From assembly GCF_006345805.1 (NCBI RefSeq), contig NC_042998.1, forward strand, positions 170,872,001 through 170,936,000: 64,000 nt of DNA, written 5' to 3'. The first letter of the stretch is position 1. Every line of letters starts with the position of its first letter. Below, piece by piece: positions 59,146 to 64,000 of this stretch. The notes below the pieces were generated by a model. That model saw nothing but the letters and a program-made list of their open reading frames with translations. It was not told the DNA's origin and searched no databases. This stretch comes from Octopus sinensis. Lineage: Eukaryota. Made by a program: the position numbers and the translations under genes.

Positions 59146-59924
59146 TTTGTGGAATGTGTGTGGGTGGTGGTGGTGGTGGTGGGAGAAGCAAGTGCAAAAC
59201 ACCACATTTTATTACCAAGTTTTATACAAATAATTTGTTTAAAAAAGTGTTTTATAAGACACTGATGTTTGATTGCCAGCAACCAATTAGTGACAGTTCA
59301 AAAGAAATGTCAGTGTATTTGCATCATAACATCTCTTATATATATATACTGATTGGAATAATAAAGTTTAATCATAAGCTGCACTGAATTCAAATAAGAC
59401 AGAAACAGACTATCACTAACTCGCCAATTTTTGCTGACATAGACCATCACTAGCTCTATCTATTCTAGTGACTATCTTTTTACTCTTGTGTTGGCTGTGT
59501 AGTTTGATCCCAGTGTGTGGATGTTGTTGGCTGGCATCCACTACTATAACCATGGGTTAACTAATATCTTTTGAATGAAATTGGTTGATGGAAACTAAAA
59601 GAAGTCCGTCATATGTAATGTGTGTGTGTATGCAAGTGAGTTTGTATTTCCTCTCATTTTCACATGTGTTCACTGATTGTAAATAAAAGGCTGAGACAAG
59701 TGATGTCATTTGTTTCCAGTTCTCCATGTAACCATTTTTTAACTGTTTGTTGTTTGATAGACTGGAGGATTATTACTTTGCATGGAAACAAGTGAGGGTT
59801 GAATTAGGAGGGGCATGCAGCTGTAGAAAACACTGCCTCAATATAGTCTTGTGTATCCTATGCAAGCATGGAAAAGTAGATGTTAAGTCAGTGATGAACG
59901 AAGCAGACAAAAATTAGTCTTTAA

Positions 59925-60144
59925 CTCTTTAGTGTTTAAACCGGCCATATCCGGCCAAAATATTCTACCTATTTCATGTTCAAACTAGTCAGATATGGTC
60001 ATTCATAGCTACCTTATTGTGTCATTTTAAAAATAAACAATCACATCATTGAAATCTCAAAGCCATGAAATGATGCAAGATTAATTTTATATGGTGTGAA
60101 TACATAAGCTTTACATTTTACAGAATAATCTGAATGCTAAAGGG
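59925..60144. mobile_element. piggyBac-type MITE with TTAA flanks
   Basis: TTAA-ctctttagtgttt...aatgctaaaggg-TTAA. Confidence 0.7.
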
Positions 60145-60457
60145 TTAAATCTCTGTATACAGTATACATGGTCTTTGTTAGTTTTTTGAGTGTAGGTGAG
60201 TGGCAGAAAATGAACTTAAGAGTAAATACAATGAGTATCTAGTTTCATCTTCTCTGTTTTAAATTCAAATCCTACTGAGATTATAGTAGCCTTTTATTAT
60301 TTCTAAAGTTGATAAAATAGTACCAGTCCTGTTCATGTGTGAAAGTGAGTTGATATAACCATATCCCAACCATATAAATTTGTAGACTTGTGTCCATGTT
60401 AAGAATCAATTGTTTGAGGGGCTTTAAAATTTCATTTCTATTCTCTCTATATTGCAG

Positions 60458-60743
60458 GATGTCGAAGTCTCAGGTGACAAAGACGACAGCCGTTCTCTAC
60501 ATATCACCGTGCATAAACAGTCATTGTCAGCACATTCAAGGCCTGTTCCTCTTCTATCAGCACGTTTTATCTTTGATGACCATATTCGTTGTATGGCAGC
60601 AAAACAACGTCTTAGTAAAGGAAGAATAAAAGCTCGACAACAAAAAATGCAGAAAATTGAACGACTTTTAGATATCCGGACACAAAGTAATTCTGGTACC
60701 ATTTATCCAAATGCCAGTGGCACACGTACTGGAGCTATCCCAG
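60458..60743 (+). CDS. CLEC16A: CLEC16A exon (DVEVSGDKDDSRSLHITVHK...FIFDDHIRCMAAKQRLSKGRIKARQQKMQKIERLLD...); 3' boundary uncertain
   Basis: attgcag| acceptor; conserved FIF.DHIRC..AKQRL.KGR. Donor taken as CAG|gtacat; unspliced read-through would stop at 60811. Confidence 0.85.
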
Positions 60744-62286
60744 GTACATCACAAAGCTTTTCTCATATGTCTATTATTCGCTTGTTAAAGCTTAAATTTT
60801 TTAAAGACTAAACCTTATTAATAATAATCAATAATACTTTGATCCAGTGCCAAAACATTTAATATATTTTTCTTTTGTGTTGATTTTTTAATAAATATGA
60901 AGTATTTCATATAAAACTAACAGTATTTACAAATGTTATTTTAAAGCAAGCAAATTGGTTTCATCTATTAATTTGTATAACACACGTGCATGTATATGTG
61001 TGTGTGTATGTATATATATATTTTTTATATATGTGTGTATGTATAAGTTTTTGTTTTTGTTTGAAGTTAAAGGAAATTTATGTGGTATATTTGCTATCGT
61101 TTATTTATCTAATCAAATCCATAACTTTAAAAAAAAAAACCTTTTATGTTTGTTGCAAACATTTTAATCTCCCCTTGCTTTGACACCTTGATATCAGTCC
61201 ATCCCAAACTCAACACTTACTAGTAGTCAGTAAATTGATAATAAAATTATCAATTATAAATCACCTTTAATCAAAACTGACAAATTTCTTGCAATAAATC
61301 TTGAATTGAAAATCTTTTAAACAGTTGTTCATCGTTTGTTGATATCATCACTTTATTTCATTTTAGCATGTTTTGAACAAATTATAGAATAAATTTTAGC
61401 TATAGTTCATCCTTTGATCATTTTGTAAGGTTTAACTCCCTTAGCTTACCTCATCTCATTTTTTTTTTTAATGTTATATCACAGCTCATAACCACTGCTA
61501 ACATAACCTATATCCCATTGCATTGATTATCTCTGTATAGAGTTAATACCTATGTACTGATTTATGCTTTACATATAACAAAATCCCACATAATCAAAAT
61601 GTCAGCTGGCGATCACATATGTTAGCTGCTCTTTATATATATATATATCTCAGAAATAGCATCTACCACTTTTTCTATCTGTTGGCAACCCTATCAACTT
61701 CTTTTTGCCATTTATTGTATGTTTTAAGCAAGATATGTTTCACTGTCGCCCTCTCTTTCATTAGACACATATTTCACTTTTTCCTTCTGGCTCCTCATTA
61801 CACACTCTTTCTCATAATTTTTCTCAGTTTCTGAAAACACATACACATCCATATCTAATTATACAAAGTTTATTCAAGTATAGTTACAATACTTCCTGCA
61901 TTTGTTGGTATTAATTAAAGTCTTCATTAAAAGAATAAACATTCTCTAAACAAACATGAAGATTAGACTATACAATTATTTTCAATAGGTTTGTTACACT
62001 TAATTTCTGTATAGCCTTTTTAATGATTACTTCAACAAGGTGTCTTGTGCAAGCTTACATTCAAATATTAGAATGCTAAATACTGTATTAATTTTCATCT
62101 TTAATACTTTATTAAACCTGTCTATATTAGAGGAATATATTAAATGTGTCTTTTAAAATGTATTGGATTCTCATTTTATGTGATGGCAGTTTGAATTTTA
62201 AAAAGATATATCAATGAATTTTAGACAATTTTTTTAATTAGATATATTTTCAATTTTAATGCTTTAAAACATGCTAATTGTATGTA

Positions 62287-62583
62287 AAAGAACCATCCGA
62301 ACGTGGCCGTTGCCAGTGCCGCCCCGGCTGGCCTCCGTGCCGGTGGCACGTAAAAAGCACCAACCGATCATGGCCGCTGCCATCTTCGCCTGACACCTGT
62401 GCCGGTGGCACGTAAAAAGCACCCACTACACTCACGGAGTGGTTGGCGTTAAGAAGGGCATCCAACTGTAGAAACACTGCCAGATCAGACTGGGCCTGGT
62501 GCAGCCCCCTGGCTTCTCAGACCCCAGTCGAACCGTCCAACCCATGCTAGCATGGGAAGCGGACGTTAAACGATGATGATGAT
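62287..62583 (+). mobile_element. GAT-tailed RTE-3'-end repeat (young copy)
   Basis: gtgccggtggcacgtaaaaagcac units, gaagggcatcc motif, aaacgatgatgatgat tail. Confidence 0.85.
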
Positions 62584-63102
62584 GTAATTCAGCTATCTGT
62601 ACAAAAGAGTTTTTAAATGTAGTGTCCCAACCTTTAGTGAGTTAAAACTGGCAGAGACTGTATCTACTGTTGTGTCTCTAGTAAAGATTCACACACAAAT
62701 CAATGTCTCACCTACTTAAGTTATCAGCTGAAGTAATGCTCAGCACTTCAGGCAATGAAGTTCCTCTATAGTTTGTGAAGGCTTTATTAGCTTGCACTTC
62801 TGAGGTTAAGTACCTCAAACAGCTTGAAGAAATCTGGGGTATATTTTTTATTGAATTGTTAGATGAAAACCAGTGTTTAGTGGTGTATCAATGACTTAGT
62901 GACAGTTTATTATAAATGAAATTGCACTTGATAAAAGTTATTTCCATAATAGAAAAACTCTTTATAAAAGAACTTATGTCAAAGATATTTGATGAAAGTT
63001 TGTTATTAAGAATTACATTATTCTGATGTTTGTAAGACATTGCTATATCTATCAATTATTTCATGTTATTTTTCATTCTCGATTATCCCAAATAACATTC
63101 AG

Positions 63103-63111
63103 GGAGAACAA
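63103..63111 (+). CDS. Candidate 9-nt microexon GGAGAACAA
   Basis: cattcag|GGAGAACAA|gtgagt; reads G-R-T in phase 1 after the 60743 donor; downstream exon not in window. Confidence 0.35.
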
Positions 63112-64000
63112 GTGAGTTGTTTCAATTCAAATATTATATATATTAATTTTCTTTTCTTTCTTCATGCTTGTTAACATCTTGTTTTAGAAGTTTTACATAG
63201 AACCACAGTACATAGATATTGAGTTGTTATGCAAGGTTGTATTTTTTTAATTTTTGTAACACCATGTTAGTTGTCTTTGTGTTTGTCTTCAGATTTTATT
63301 TTCAATGGCTGTCTATTTAGCAGCATGAATTTTATTAGTTATTTATTTATAAGAAGCATTATGTTACTTGATACTAATACAGCGGTTAATTTAGCAACTA
63401 CCAGGTGATGAAATTAATATAGTTTAGCATAACAATCTCTGTTAAAACTATATCATATATTTACGATGTGCCACTAAAACATTGTCTTTTTTATATTCTC
63501 TTGTATTAAGTCTAGTGTATAGTTGTCTAAATATGTGGCATCTATTTTGTTAGTTTTCAAGTTTATTTTATTTTTGCACTTTGCTCTGATACAGTATTTA
63601 ACTGGTATTAATTGTGGGTAAAGGTTTCTTGATATTTATCAGTTTAACATTTATTTCTTATTTATTGAAACAGTTTTTTCATTTTTTCAATTCCGAATGA
63701 TGTCAAAAATTTAAGTATTTCATTCTAAATTAATCAGTAACATATACTTTGTGGTGATGGGTATTTATTAAATTTATATATTATTCATTTGCAAAATAAA
63801 TGAAAACCAAAAATCTACATTAATTTTGTATAATTTGATTTGCTTAATGTGTTGAAAAAATACAAGAAATATATGGATATTTGAAGCTGATATGGGTGTT
63901 TTTGAAGTAGAGGATAAATAGACAGTAACAAAACAACAAGAAAACATTTTAAATGAAAATTTCTATGAGACCTCAGAATATTCAACCTTGGGGATAAAAG

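Overview
AT-rich eukaryotic genomic DNA. The repeat landscape (GAT-tailed RTE-type 3' ends, two tRNA-derived SINE families, TA/CA microsatellites) suggests an octopus or other coleoid cephalopod; this is inferred. The whole window lies inside one + strand gene, a CLEC16A/Ema/GOP-1 orthologue. I traced 21 constitutive coding exons (11904-60743, about 830 codons) with GT-AG sites and consistent phases. The first coding exon and the 3' end are not visible. The introns hold a young 5'-truncated CR1-type LINE with an open 716-aa RT ORF, RTE fragments, Tc1/mariner (one with DD36E spacing), pogo, hAT and piggyBac-type elements, MITEs and SINEs. Most notable: (1) several minimal type I hammerhead ribozyme motifs, including an apparently intact sense-strand one at 26920-26975 and a tRNA-headed, hammerhead-bearing repeat family with Penelope-like inverted structure; (2) frame-preserving candidate cassette and micro-exons, the best a 9-nt exon at 42883-42891 with UGC and Rbfox motifs; (3) a 3' splice site at the LINE 5' end that would fuse CLEC16A in frame to the RT ORF; (4) two long near-perfect palindromes. 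Everything was read by eye; no searches or folding programs were run, and repeat boundaries are approximate unless TSDs or TIRs are quoted.
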